Shown: in pieces, positions 49,278 through 58,029 of the stretch | Numbering within the stretch: position 1 is the first letter of the stretch | How the letters are laid out: each line of letters opens with the position of its first letter | Assembly (NCBI GenBank): GCA_963803435.1 | Contig: CAWDML010000004.1 | Span: 32,001-96,000 of the forward strand | Origin: an uncultured delta proteobacterium | GTDB lineage: Bacteria; Myxococcota; Kuafuiibacteriia; Kuafuiibacteriales; Kuafuiibacteriaceae | Length of the DNA: 64,000 nt | Direction: 5' to 3' | Notes under the pieces: model-generated | Told to the model about the DNA's origin: nothing | The model's database searches: none | What the model saw: only the letters and a program-made list of their open reading frames with translations | Program-made: the position numbers and the translations under genes

Positions 49278-50321
49278 ATGTCCCTGCCTCCCCCGCTGGC
49301 GCTGCGGTCCCTGGACGTCCCGGACCGACGCTGGGACGAGTACGTGCTTTCGCACCCCGAGGGCAGCTTCTTCCATCAGCTCGCCTGGCGCCGCGTCATC
49401 CAGCGAGCGTACGGCCGCCGGGCCTATTACCTGTACACGGAGCGGGAGGGGCGCATCACCGGCGTGCTGCCGCTGTTCGAGTCGGGGGGGCGGCCCTTCA
49501 CGCGCGCGCTGGTGAGCGTTCCGGTCGGCGTCTCCGGCGGTGTGCTGGCGGACGGCGACGAGTCCGCGCGGCTGCTCGAGGAGGGGGCCCGCGCCCTCGC
49601 CGAGCGCGAGCGCGTGGCCTACGTCGAGTACAAGTCGGAGAAACGGCGGTTCACGGATCTCGCCACGAAGGCCGACCTCTACTTCACGTTTCGACAGGAG
49701 CTCTTCGGCGACCGCGAGCGCCAGCTCCAGGCGATTCCCCGGAAGACGCGCGCCACCATCCGCGCAGCCGAGCGGGCGCACCTGAAGGCGGAGTACAACC
49801 GGACTGACCTGGAGGCGTTCTACGATCTCTACGCCCTGTCCCTCCGCAACCTCGGCACGCCGATGTTCCCGAAGGCGCTGTTCGCCGCGTCGCTGGAGGA
49901 GCTCCCCCACCACTGCGATCTCCTGATCGTCCGCCAGACCGGACGGATCATCGGCGCGGTTCTCAACTACTACTATCGCGACGTGATGCTGCCGTTCTTC
50001 GCCGGCACGGTCCCGGAAGCACGCGACGTCTCCGTCAACAACTACCTCTACTGGTACATGCTCGAGACCGGATACGAGCGCGGCTATCGCGTGTTCGACT
50101 TCGGGCGCAGCAAGGCCGGCACGGGCGCGTTCAAGTTCAAGAAGCACTTTGGAATGGAGCCCACGCCGCTCGAGTATCAATACGACCTGCTGGGGCGAGA
50201 GTCCCTGCCCAACGTCAACCCCACCAATCCGCGCTACCAGAAGGCGATCGAGTCGTGGCGGCGCCTCCCGGTGGGCCTCACGAAGGTGATCGGTCCGATC
50301 ATCTCGCGCCGTCTTCCCTGA
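49278..50321 (+). CDS. FemAB-like GNAT protein (XrtA/PEP-CTERM EPS-associated type)
   Basis: WDEYV..HP...FFH..W, GVLPL, RNLGTP, FDFGRSK.GTG...FKK and NPTNPRY. Confidence 0.88.
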   Translation: MSLPPPLALRSLDVPDRRWDEYVLSHPEGSFFHQLAWRRVIQRAYGRRAYYLYTEREGRITGVLPLFESGGRPFTRALVSVPVGVSGGVLADGDESARLLEEGARALAERERVAYVEYKSEKRRFTDLATKADLYFTFRQELFGDRERQLQAIPRKTRATIRAAERAHLKAEYNRTDLEAFYDLYALSLRNLGTPMFPKALFAASLEELPHHCDLLIVRQTGRIIGAVLNYYYRDVMLPFFAGTVPEARDVSVNNYLYWYMLETGYERGYRVFDFGRSKAGTGAFKFKKHFGMEPTPLEYQYDLLGRESLPNVNPTNPRYQKAIESWRRLPVGLTKVIGPIISRRLP

Positions 50322-50330
50322 GAGCTCGTC

Positions 50331-52277
50331 ATGTGCGGGATCGCGGGCGTCTATTGCTTCGACAAGGATCGGCCGATCGACGCGGCCTTGCTGGTGCGGC
50401 AGACAGACGCGCTGATCCACCGCGGGCCGGACGACGGCGGCGTCTACGTGGGGCCAGGGGTCGGGCTCGGTCACCGGCGTCTCTCGATCATCGATCTCGG
50501 CGGTGGCCACCAGCCCATGTGGGATCTCGAGAATCGGGTCGCGGTGGTCTTCAACGGCGAGATCTACAACTTCAAGGAGCTGATGGCCGAGCTCGAGGGG
50601 CGGGGACACGAGTTCCGGACCTCCTCCGACACCGAGGTGATCCTCAATAGCTACCGCGAGTGGGGTACGAGCTGCCTCGATCGCTTCATCGGGATGTTCG
50701 CGCTGGCGGTCTACGACACCAAGACGCGCACACTGTTCCTCGCGCGGGATCGGCTGGGCAAGAAGCCGCTCTACTACTACCAGGACACCGATCGGATCGT
50801 CTTCGCCTCCGAGCTCAAGGCAATCCTCGAGGATCCCTCGATCCCGCGGATCCCGGAGCCGACCGCCGTCATCGACTACTTCGCCTACAACTACGTTCCG
50901 GGTCCCGGTACCATCCTGCGGAACATCCACAAGCTGCCCGCCGGGTGCTCGCTGACGGCGCGGGACGGACGGGTCTCGGTCCGTCGCTACTGGGACCTCG
51001 ACTTCGAGTCGAACGAGCAGCGGTCGCTCGAGGAGGACGCGTCGGTGCTGCTCGAGGAGCTCTCGGACGCGGTGCGCCTCCGCCTCCGCTCCGACGTGCC
51101 GCTCGGTGCGTTCCTCTCCGGCGGGATCGACTCGAGCCTGATCGTCGCGCTGATGGCGCGCGAGACCAGCAACCCGGTCAAGACCAACACCATCGGGTTC
51201 TCGGAGAACGGCTACGACGAGCGGAGCTACGCGCGGGAGACCGCCGAGCTCTACCGGACCGAGCACAGCGAGCGCGTGGTGAGCGTCGACGCGCTCGACG
51301 TGGTGGAGCGGCTCTCGTGGTTCTACGACGAGCCCTTCGGCGACTCGTCGGCGGTGCCGACCTACTACCTCTCGGCGGCCACCCGGGAGCAGGTGACGGT
51401 GGCGCTCTCGGGCGACGGTGGGGACGAGAGCTTCGCCGGTTATCGCCGCCATCGATTCGCGATGGTCGAGCACGAGGTCCGGAGTCGGATGCCCGACCTG
51501 CTCCGCCGCGCGGTGGTCCGGCCCATCGCCGACGTCTATCCGAAGGCGGACTATCTCCCTCGCTACCTGCGTGCGAAGGCGACGCTCACGAACCTCGCGG
51601 AGAGCCATGAACGGGCCTACTTCCTCTCGTTGACCCAGAAGAGCTATCCCCGCTTCATCAACGCCGACTTCCTGAGAGGCCTCGCGGACTACGATCCATA
51701 TCGCCACATGGAGGCACACTTCGCCCGCTCCGGGACGCGCGATCCGCTGGCTCGCCTGATCTACGCCGACCTCAAGATGTACCTCTGTGACGACATCCTG
51801 GTGAAGGTCGATCGGGCTTCGATGGCGCATGCGCTCGAGGTCCGGGTGCCGCTCCTCGATCATCGGATCGTCGAGCTGGCCGCACGCATGCCGTCGCACC
51901 ACAAGATCGTCGATGGGCGGGGCAAGATCGTCCTGCGTCACGCCGCCGAGAAGCTGCTCCCCGAGCGCGTGCTGAACCGGACCAAGATGGGCTTCACCAT
52001 TCCGCTGCCCGAATGGTTTCGCGGCGGGCTGCGGGCGAGCGCCGAGGAGACGTTCTTCGGCAGGCCCGGAGGCGTGAGCGGCCTCATCGATACCGCCGGG
52101 CTGAGACGGATGTGGTACGAGCATCAGCTCGGCCTCGCCGACCACGCCACGGTGTTCTGGTCCCTGCTGATGTTCGAGAAGTGGGTGGGGCGCTTCCTTA
52201 GGTCGGAGAGCGGGGTGAGACCGCGTCTGGATCACGCCCGTCCCACCCGCAGGGATCAGCCCGCCGCGCGGCATTGA
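50331..52277 (+). CDS. asnB: Asparagine synthase (glutamine-hydrolysing)-family amidotransferase
   Basis: MCGIAG, HRGPD, HRRLSIIDL, FNGEIYN, ARDRLGKKPLYY, FLSGGIDSS, SGDGGDE and EVRVPLLD. Confidence 0.93.
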   Translation: MCGIAGVYCFDKDRPIDAALLVRQTDALIHRGPDDGGVYVGPGVGLGHRRLSIIDLGGGHQPMWDLENRVAVVFNGEIYNFKELMAELEGRGHEFRTSSDTEVILNSYREWGTSCLDRFIGMFALAVYDTKTRTLFLARDRLGKKPLYYYQDTDRIVFASELKAILEDPSIPRIPEPTAVIDYFAYNYVPGPGTILRNIHKLPAGCSLTARDGRVSVRRYWDLDFESNEQRSLEEDASVLLEELSDAVRLRLRSDVPLGAFLSGGIDSSLIVALMARETSNPVKTNTIGFSENGYDERSYARETAELYRTEHSERVVSVDALDVVERLSWFYDEPFGDSSAVPTYYLSAATREQVTVALSGDGGDESFAGYRRHRFAMVEHEVRSRMPDLLRRAVVRPIADVYPKADYLPRYLRAKATLTNLAESHERAYFLSLTQKSYPRFINADFLRGLADYDPYRHMEAHFARSGTRDPLARLIYADLKMYLCDDILVKVDRASMAHALEVRVPLLDHRIVELAARMPSHHKIVDGRGKIVLRHAAEKLLPERVLNRTKMGFTIPLPEWFRGGLRASAEETFFGRPGGVSGLIDTAGLRRMWYEHQLGLADHATVFWSLLMFEKWVGRFLRSESGVRPRLDHARPTRRDQPAARH

Positions 52278-52310
52278 CGCGCCGATAGGCCCAATGGATG
52301 CTGTCCCCTG

Positions 52311-54758
52311 GTGTCGGATCATGAGCACACCACGCCCGGCAGCGCGATGCTGGCGCCGTCGCTCCCCAAGGGGGTCGAGTTCAAGGACCCGCTCGCACCG
52401 AAGCTCTACTTCTGGCTCAACGACGTCCTCAAGACCGTCAAAGGTCTCCGCGTCTACGCGGAGAACAACGAGATGCTGCAGAAGTATCTCACCCACGCGC
52501 ACGACGGTATGACCGACCTGCTCGAGCAGGTCCCTGAGGTGAGCCTGGCGATCCGAGAGGATCGTTTTCTCTACGGAAAGGACTCGGTCCACGTGAGCGA
52601 GGACCGGGCGGAGGGCCTTCCGTTCACGTTCTATCGGAACGCCTTCCGGCGGCTGACGTTCGTCCGGGGCATGGGGCGCGACGAGCTCTTCTCCCTCTTC
52701 AAGGCGGTCACCACCGACTACAGCACCTTCGACTACGCAGGAGAGGATCTCGTCACGGCGCTGTGGCGGCTCGCGCTGCCACACCTGAGGTACCTCACCA
52801 TCGACGCGATCTCGCTCGAGGCCAAGCGCGCCGAGTCGAGCGAGGCCCGTGAGGAGATCGACCGCATTCAGGGCGATATCGAGTCGATCGTCGCGTCGAT
52901 CTACAACACCGACTCCAACGACGAGGACATCGTCGCCGGCGTCACCATCACCAAGGAGGACCTGGAGGCGCTCAAGGACATCCGTAAGGAGAGCGAGGAG
53001 GATCTCGACGCGCTCGATCGCGCGACCGCGCGTGCGATCGCCGATCTTCCCGCGAGCCAGATCGCGCGGATCACGCAGGAGCTCGAGCACGAGGACCGGG
53101 ATGTGCTGACCCGGCAGACGATGGACATCCTGATCCGGATCCTCTTCAGCGAGACCTCGAGTCGCGGGACCAAGGACGTCATCGAGGTGCTGCAGCAGCT
53201 ATTCGATTCGCTAGTGCTGGGACAGCGCTTCACGCACGCGACCAAGCTGGTGCAGCAGCTGCGGAACCGCGCGTCGAGCGCGGAGAACATGCAGGAGATG
53301 CACATCGCGCGGCACCTGCTCCGACTCTTCGCAGCGGAGTCCCGGGTCCAGCCCGTCCTCTCCGCTCTCGGCGAGGGCTACAAGACCGCCACGATCAACG
53401 AGGTCACCGACTTCCTCCGGGCGCTCGGCTCCGAGATCACGCCCTTGCTGCTGCGGTCCCTGGACAGCCTGGCCAACCCCGCGCACCGGCGGCTCCTGTG
53501 CGACCTGATCGTGGAGTTCGGCGTGCCCGACGTGTCGGAGCTACTGGAGGCTACCAAGGACGCGAAGTGGTTCGTCCTCCGGGACGTGCTGGCGCTGGCC
53601 AGTCAGCTTCCGCCGGAGAGCGTGTCACCGCTGATCGCGCACGCGATCCGGCACGAGCACCCCAAGGTGCGCGGTCAGGCGGTCGGGATGCTCCGCAACT
53701 ACGGGCGCGGGGTGGCCGACCGCTACCTGGTGGAGCGCATCTCCGAGGACGAGGATCTGGAGGTGCGGCTCTCGGCGATCCGCGTGGCGGCCGCCCGCCA
53801 CAGCGCGGAGGTCAAGCCGATGCTCGAGCAGATGCTGGTCGTGGAGAGCCTGGGCGATCGGGAGCCGCGCGAGATCCGGATGTTGACGGCGGCGTTCGCG
53901 AAGATCGCGGGAAGCGATGCGGTGCCGGTGCTCGACAAGATCCTCAACCCGGGGTTCTTCGCCTCGCTGAAGAGCACGGAGGCCCAGATCGCGGCCGCCT
54001 ATGCGCTCGGTGCGGTCGGCACCGAGTCGGCGATGATGGTGCTCCAGAAGGGATCGCGGTCGCTCAACGGAAAGGTCCGCGAGGCGGTGAAGAAGGCGCT
54101 GGCTCGGGGCGAGACCGCCGATCTTCTCGGCGAGACCCCCGAGAGCACGAGGATCCCCACCGGCGACGTGGCGAAGCGGATCCCGGACCAGAAGACGGAG
54201 CCCGACGGGCGGCGCGAGGTGAAGATGTTCATCCCCGACGCCACCACCGACATCGGGGACGCGCCGAAGAACGCCGCCGACGTGGAGTTCACCGTGCCGA
54301 GGCGCGAGGATCCGCTGGACCGAGCCCCGGCGTTCGAGCCGTCGGTGTTGGAGGTGAAGAAACCGAAGTCGGTCGATCTCCACCGGAGCGGTCCGGCCGC
54401 GCCGCACGTGGAGCGCCTCAACATCGCGCCGGAGCCGATGCCGAGCTTCGACCGGATCCCGATCGTGCAGGGGACTCTGGTGGGGCCGCCGGTCCGGCCC
54501 GAGCCCGAGCCCGAGCCGCCCGAGCGCCTGGAGCTGCCGCCTGAGCCCCTGGAGCTGCCGCCCGAGCCCCTGGAGCTGCCGCCGCTCCGTCCCGAGCCGG
54601 AGCGGATGCCCGACAATCTACCGCCTCCGCCGGACTTCGACCCGGATCTGCAGGACATCGTGCTGTCGTTCGACGAGCCGAGCGAGGTCGATGCGATGAC
54701 CACCGACGACGAGGAGAAGCCGCCGAAGTCTCTCACGGACGATCTGACGCTGGACTAG
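52311..54758 (+). CDS. HEAT-repeat protein with a Pro/acidic disordered tail
   Basis: HEAT-like units WFVLRD, HEHPKVR.QAV, DLEVRLSAI and AAAYALG; cytoplasmic; 2-nt gap to the HD-GYP gene. Confidence 0.8.
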   Translation: MSDHEHTTPGSAMLAPSLPKGVEFKDPLAPKLYFWLNDVLKTVKGLRVYAENNEMLQKYLTHAHDGMTDLLEQVPEVSLAIREDRFLYGKDSVHVSEDRAEGLPFTFYRNAFRRLTFVRGMGRDELFSLFKAVTTDYSTFDYAGEDLVTALWRLALPHLRYLTIDAISLEAKRAESSEAREEIDRIQGDIESIVASIYNTDSNDEDIVAGVTITKEDLEALKDIRKESEEDLDALDRATARAIADLPASQIARITQELEHEDRDVLTRQTMDILIRILFSETSSRGTKDVIEVLQQLFDSLVLGQRFTHATKLVQQLRNRASSAENMQEMHIARHLLRLFAAESRVQPVLSALGEGYKTATINEVTDFLRALGSEITPLLLRSLDSLANPAHRRLLCDLIVEFGVPDVSELLEATKDAKWFVLRDVLALASQLPPESVSPLIAHAIRHEHPKVRGQAVGMLRNYGRGVADRYLVERISEDEDLEVRLSAIRVAAARHSAEVKPMLEQMLVVESLGDREPREIRMLTAAFAKIAGSDAVPVLDKILNPGFFASLKSTEAQIAAAYALGAVGTESAMMVLQKGSRSLNGKVREAVKKALARGETADLLGETPESTRIPTGDVAKRIPDQKTEPDGRREVKMFIPDATTDIGDAPKNAADVEFTVPRREDPLDRAPAFEPSVLEVKKPKSVDLHRSGPAAPHVERLNIAPEPMPSFDRIPIVQGTLVGPPVRPEPEPEPPERLELPPEPLELPPEPLELPPLRPEPERMPDNLPPPPDFDPDLQDIVLSFDEPSEVDAMTTDDEEKPPKSLTDDLTLD
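54522..54584 (+). repeat. 3 x 21-bp tandem repeat encoding E(R/P)LELPP
   Basis: gag(c/g)cctggagctgccgccn repeated three times. Confidence 0.9.
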
Positions 54759-54760
54759 CC

Positions 54761-56197
54761 ATGGCCGACCCGACCAGCCCGCTGATGATGAACGCCAAGC
54801 TGCAGGCCCTCGGCCGCAGCTTGGTCCTCCAGCTCCACATGGTGCTGCGGACGATGCAGATCCACGATCCTTCGAACAAGGCGCTCCTGGTCGCCACCGA
54901 GAGCCTGAAGGACACCATCAACACGCTCTGGGCCGCGCTCGGGGGATCCGTCCGCCTGCAGTTCGTCGAGGGCGTCGTATATCTCAACGACAAGCGGCTC
55001 CGGCTCCCTCCCAGCTCTCGCGAGCAGATCGAGCACACGCAGAAGGCATTCGAGGAGCGGGGCCTGGGCGGTCTGGCGTTCTCGCGGCCGGTCGACACCG
55101 CCGCGCTGCGGGAGTTCCTGATCCTGTTCGCGCGGCCGGTCGAGTCGCAGGAGGACGTGGCGGCGCTGCGCCGGTCCCTGGAAGAGCTCAAGGACCTGGC
55201 CATGAGCCTGCTGGATCCGAAGCAGTACTCCGACGGCAACGACGGTCAGCTCCGGATCGACAAGAAGACGTTCGCGCTGCAGACCTACGCCAAGAGCATT
55301 GTCGCAGTGAAGGAGTTCATCACCGCGATCAAGGAGGGACGCGATCCCGCGCAAGGTAAGTTGCACATCACACGCACCGTGCAGGACCTGGTCGACATCG
55401 CGACCGAGCGCGTGAACTTCATGCTGAAGCTGGCCGCGATCAAGGCCGCCCAGGAGTACGCGTACAATCACGCCGCCAACACCTGCGTGCTCTCGATCGT
55501 GCTCGGGCGGTCGCTCCAGATCACTCGTCTCGAGCTGGTCGACCTGGGAACCGCCGCCCTCTTTGCCGACATCGGCTTCGCGCTCCTGCCCTCCGAGATC
55601 ACCGAGACGGACCGGGAGCTCTCCGATCAGGAGCGGGCCGAGGTGAACGAGGCGATGATTCGCCAGATTCGCAGCATCATCGGCAAGGGCCGGCTCAACG
55701 AGGCGATCATGCGCCGCGTGATCGTCGCCTACGAGCACCACCAGCCCTACGCCGATCCGAGCACGGGCGCCGTCCGACCGCAGCACATCTTCTCGCGGAT
55801 CGTCAGCGTCGCGGACGCGTTCGACGCGCTCACCACGCGGCGTCCCTGGCGCGAGGGCTACACGGCGGATGAAGCGCTCCGCATGCTGATGCAGCAGGCC
55901 GGTACCAGGTTCGATCCGCTGGTGGTCCGGGTGCTGGTGAACCTGATGGGTATCTATCCGCTCGGCACGGCGGTCCGCCTCGCCAGCGGAGAGCTCGCGA
56001 TCGTCTACCACAACTCCAACGACCCCAAGCTCTTCGAGAAGCCATGGGTGAAGGTGGTTCGCGACGCGGCGGGTGATCCGATCAAGCGAACCCTGATCCG
56101 GAACCTCGCCGAGGAGGAGGGGCCGGGGGGCGAGATCGCGGGCGTGGTGAGCGGCGCCGATCTCGGCGTGGACGCTGGGATGGCGATCGTCTTCTGA
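54761..56197 (+). CDS. HD-GYP-domain protein, degenerate
   Basis: EY.YNH..N, ALFADIG (HD replaced by AD), YEHH, SRIVSVADAFDALTT.RPWR, FDP and GIYP.GT.V.L..GE. Confidence 0.85.
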   Translation: MADPTSPLMMNAKLQALGRSLVLQLHMVLRTMQIHDPSNKALLVATESLKDTINTLWAALGGSVRLQFVEGVVYLNDKRLRLPPSSREQIEHTQKAFEERGLGGLAFSRPVDTAALREFLILFARPVESQEDVAALRRSLEELKDLAMSLLDPKQYSDGNDGQLRIDKKTFALQTYAKSIVAVKEFITAIKEGRDPAQGKLHITRTVQDLVDIATERVNFMLKLAAIKAAQEYAYNHAANTCVLSIVLGRSLQITRLELVDLGTAALFADIGFALLPSEITETDRELSDQERAEVNEAMIRQIRSIIGKGRLNEAIMRRVIVAYEHHQPYADPSTGAVRPQHIFSRIVSVADAFDALTTRRPWREGYTADEALRMLMQQAGTRFDPLVVRVLVNLMGIYPLGTAVRLASGELAIVYHNSNDPKLFEKPWVKVVRDAAGDPIKRTLIRNLAEEEGPGGEIAGVVSGADLGVDAGMAIVF

Positions 56198-56230
56198 CGA
56201 AGCGCCGGCTGATCTGGTAGGAATCGAGCC

Positions 56231-56698
56231 ATGAGCTCCGACTTCTCACTCCTCGAGAAGCGGGCGCGCACCGGGATTAACTGGTTCTACTGGATCGCCG
56301 CGCTCTCGCTGATCAACACGGTCCTCACACTGTCGGGGACGGAGCTGAACCTCGTGATCGGTCTCGGCGTCACCCAGTTCGTGGACGCGATCATGGCCGC
56401 CATCGCCCGGGACGCAGGCGGTATGTCGATGATGGTCAAGGCGGTGGGCGTCTTCATGAGCGCGTTGGCCTCAGCCGTGTTCGCGCTGTTCGCGTATCTG
56501 GGCAACCAGCGGCGCTTGCTCTGGGCCGTCATCGTCGGGATGGTCCTGTACGGGCTCGACGGCTTGCTCTTCCTCGTCACGCAGGACTGGCTGAGCCTCG
56601 GCTTTCACGGCCTTGCGCTGTTCGGGTTGTTCGGAGGGCTTCGCGCCGCGCGCGATCTCCGCGCGATGCGTGAAGACGTGGCGTCGGCCGAAGCCTAG
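56231..56698 (+). CDS. Hypothetical membrane protein (about 4 TM helices)
   Basis: Hydrophobic; NWFYWIAALSLIN and GMVLY.LDG; AGGA SD. Confidence 0.75.
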   Translation: MSSDFSLLEKRARTGINWFYWIAALSLINTVLTLSGTELNLVIGLGVTQFVDAIMAAIARDAGGMSMMVKAVGVFMSALASAVFALFAYLGNQRRLLWAVIVGMVLYGLDGLLFLVTQDWLSLGFHGLALFGLFGGLRAARDLRAMREDVASAEA

Positions 56699-56719
56699 CC
56701 AGGCCAACCTGAATGCTAA

Positions 56720-57675
56720 GAGCCGGTCCGAAAACCTCCGGACCGTTCCGCGTTTCCTGTTTCGCTCGTTCTGCTCATTCGCTATTCAAAGCGGCCGTTG
56801 TTGCATCGTGCTCGATCGAGTGTTCTGCAGAGTCGATGCAGGCAAGATTCGCAAGTCTTCCGGACGCCCTGTGGAAACGCATTGAGCCGTTACTCGCGAA
56901 GCGAGGTCCAAGGCCGCGGGGAGGTCGCCCGCGGGTTGCGGATCGCGTCGTGATGGCAGGTATCGTCTATCGCCTTCGGACAGGGTGCCAGTGGAAGGCC
57001 CTGCCGCGCGAGTTCAGCTCCGTTTCGACGTGCCACAGTCGATTCGCGGCATGGTGCGCAGCAGGGATCTTCACCGCGATCTTCGCTGAGCTGCTGCGGT
57101 ACTACGACAGGAGGCGCGGCATACAGTGGAAGTGGACTTCACTCGACAGCGCGATCGTCAAGGCTCCAAAAGGGGGGACCTGACCGGTCCGAACCCGACG
57201 GATCGAGCCAAGCGAGGCGTGAAGCGTCACGTGCTCACGGATGGTCGTGGTGTTCCGTTGGCGGTCGAGCTCTCAGGCGCGAACGTGCACGACAAGTGGC
57301 GGGTGGAGCAGACGCTCGACGGCGTCGTCCTACGGGGCTCGCGCGGTCCACGACGGCCGGAGCACCTCTGCCTGGATAAAGGCTACGACTACGCGGATGT
57401 CGAGGCCGCCATTCGAGCGCGCCGGATCAAACCGCCTATCCGCCGCCGCGGCGAGCCTGCACTCGCTGGCTGTGTCCGCGGTAGGCCGCGGCGCTGGGTT
57501 GTCGAGCGCACGAACGCTTGGCACAACCAGTTCCGCGCATGACTCGTGCGGTGGGAACGAACGGGATCGCGGTATCTCGTTCTGCGATGTCATCGCCCTT
57601 CATCGCCGGATCGAACAGCGAATGACAGAACGACGAAACAGCAAACTGCGAACGGAACGGTTTCTGGACCGGCTC
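56720..57675 (+). mobile_element. IS5-family insertion sequence (956 bp), TAA target duplication
   Basis: Terminal IRs GAGCCGGTCCGAAAACC and GGTTTCTGGACCGGCTC; TAA at 56717-56719 and 57676-57678; lower GC than the flanks. Confidence 0.92.
56836..57600 (+). pseudogene. IS5-family transposase: orfA 56836-57183 plus orfB joined by a -1 frameshift; in-frame TGA at 57540
   Basis: W..IEPLL, GGRPR, YRLRTGCQW.ALP, DS..VKAP, GPNPTDR.K.GVKRH, DKGYD and RWVVERTNAW; slippery AAAAGGGGGG at 57168-57177; FRA*LVRWER. The 3' end is approximate. Confidence 0.85.
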
Positions 57676-57679
57676 TAAG

Positions 57680-57985
57680 CTAAGCGGCTTTGCTCTCGCC
57701 GCTCGGCTTGGGATCCGGCTTGGTCTCGGTCTTGGTCTCGGTCTTGGTCTCGGTCTTGGTTTCGGTCTTGGTCTCCGACTTCGTCTCGGTCTTCGTCTCG
57801 GACTTCGACTTCTTCTCGCCGTACCCGTCGGAGTACCAGCCACCGCCCTTGAGCGTGAACGACGTGCTGGAAATGATCTTATGCGCAGAGGCACCGCACT
57901 CGTGCTTCGTGAGGGGCGGGTCGGTCATTCGTTGGACCACCTCGAAGGGCCCGCAAACTTCGCATTCGTACTCGTACCGAGGCAT
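57680..57985 (-). CDS. FmdB-family zinc-ribbon regulatory protein
   Basis: MPRYEYEC..CG.FE..Q, F.LKG.GWY..GY; SD AAGGAG. Confidence 0.9.
   Translation of the reverse strand: MPRYEYECEVCGPFEVVQRMTDPPLTKHECGASAHKIISSTSFTLKGGGWYSDGYGEKKSKSETKTETKSETKTETKTETKTETKTETKPDPKPSGESKAA
57719..57802. repeat. 12-bp tandem repeat (CTTGGTCTCGGT-like) encoding KTET/KSET
   Basis: About 7 imperfect units visible in the FmdB tail. Confidence 0.85.
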
Positions 57986-58029
57986 GATCGCTCCTTTGCG
58001 GGGCGATCCTAGAGCGATGATCCGAGGCG

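Noticed and set aside
45196-53090. Very long antisense ORFs (45196..49005, 49215..53090; also 37428..40745, 18603..20648, 60137..61675)
   Set aside because: These are shadow frames of GC3-rich genes with no motifs; the sense strands carry recognisable families.
57540-57542. In-frame TGA as selenocysteine
   Set aside because: The position corresponds to a hydrophobic residue in a transposase, and no SECIS-like context is evident.
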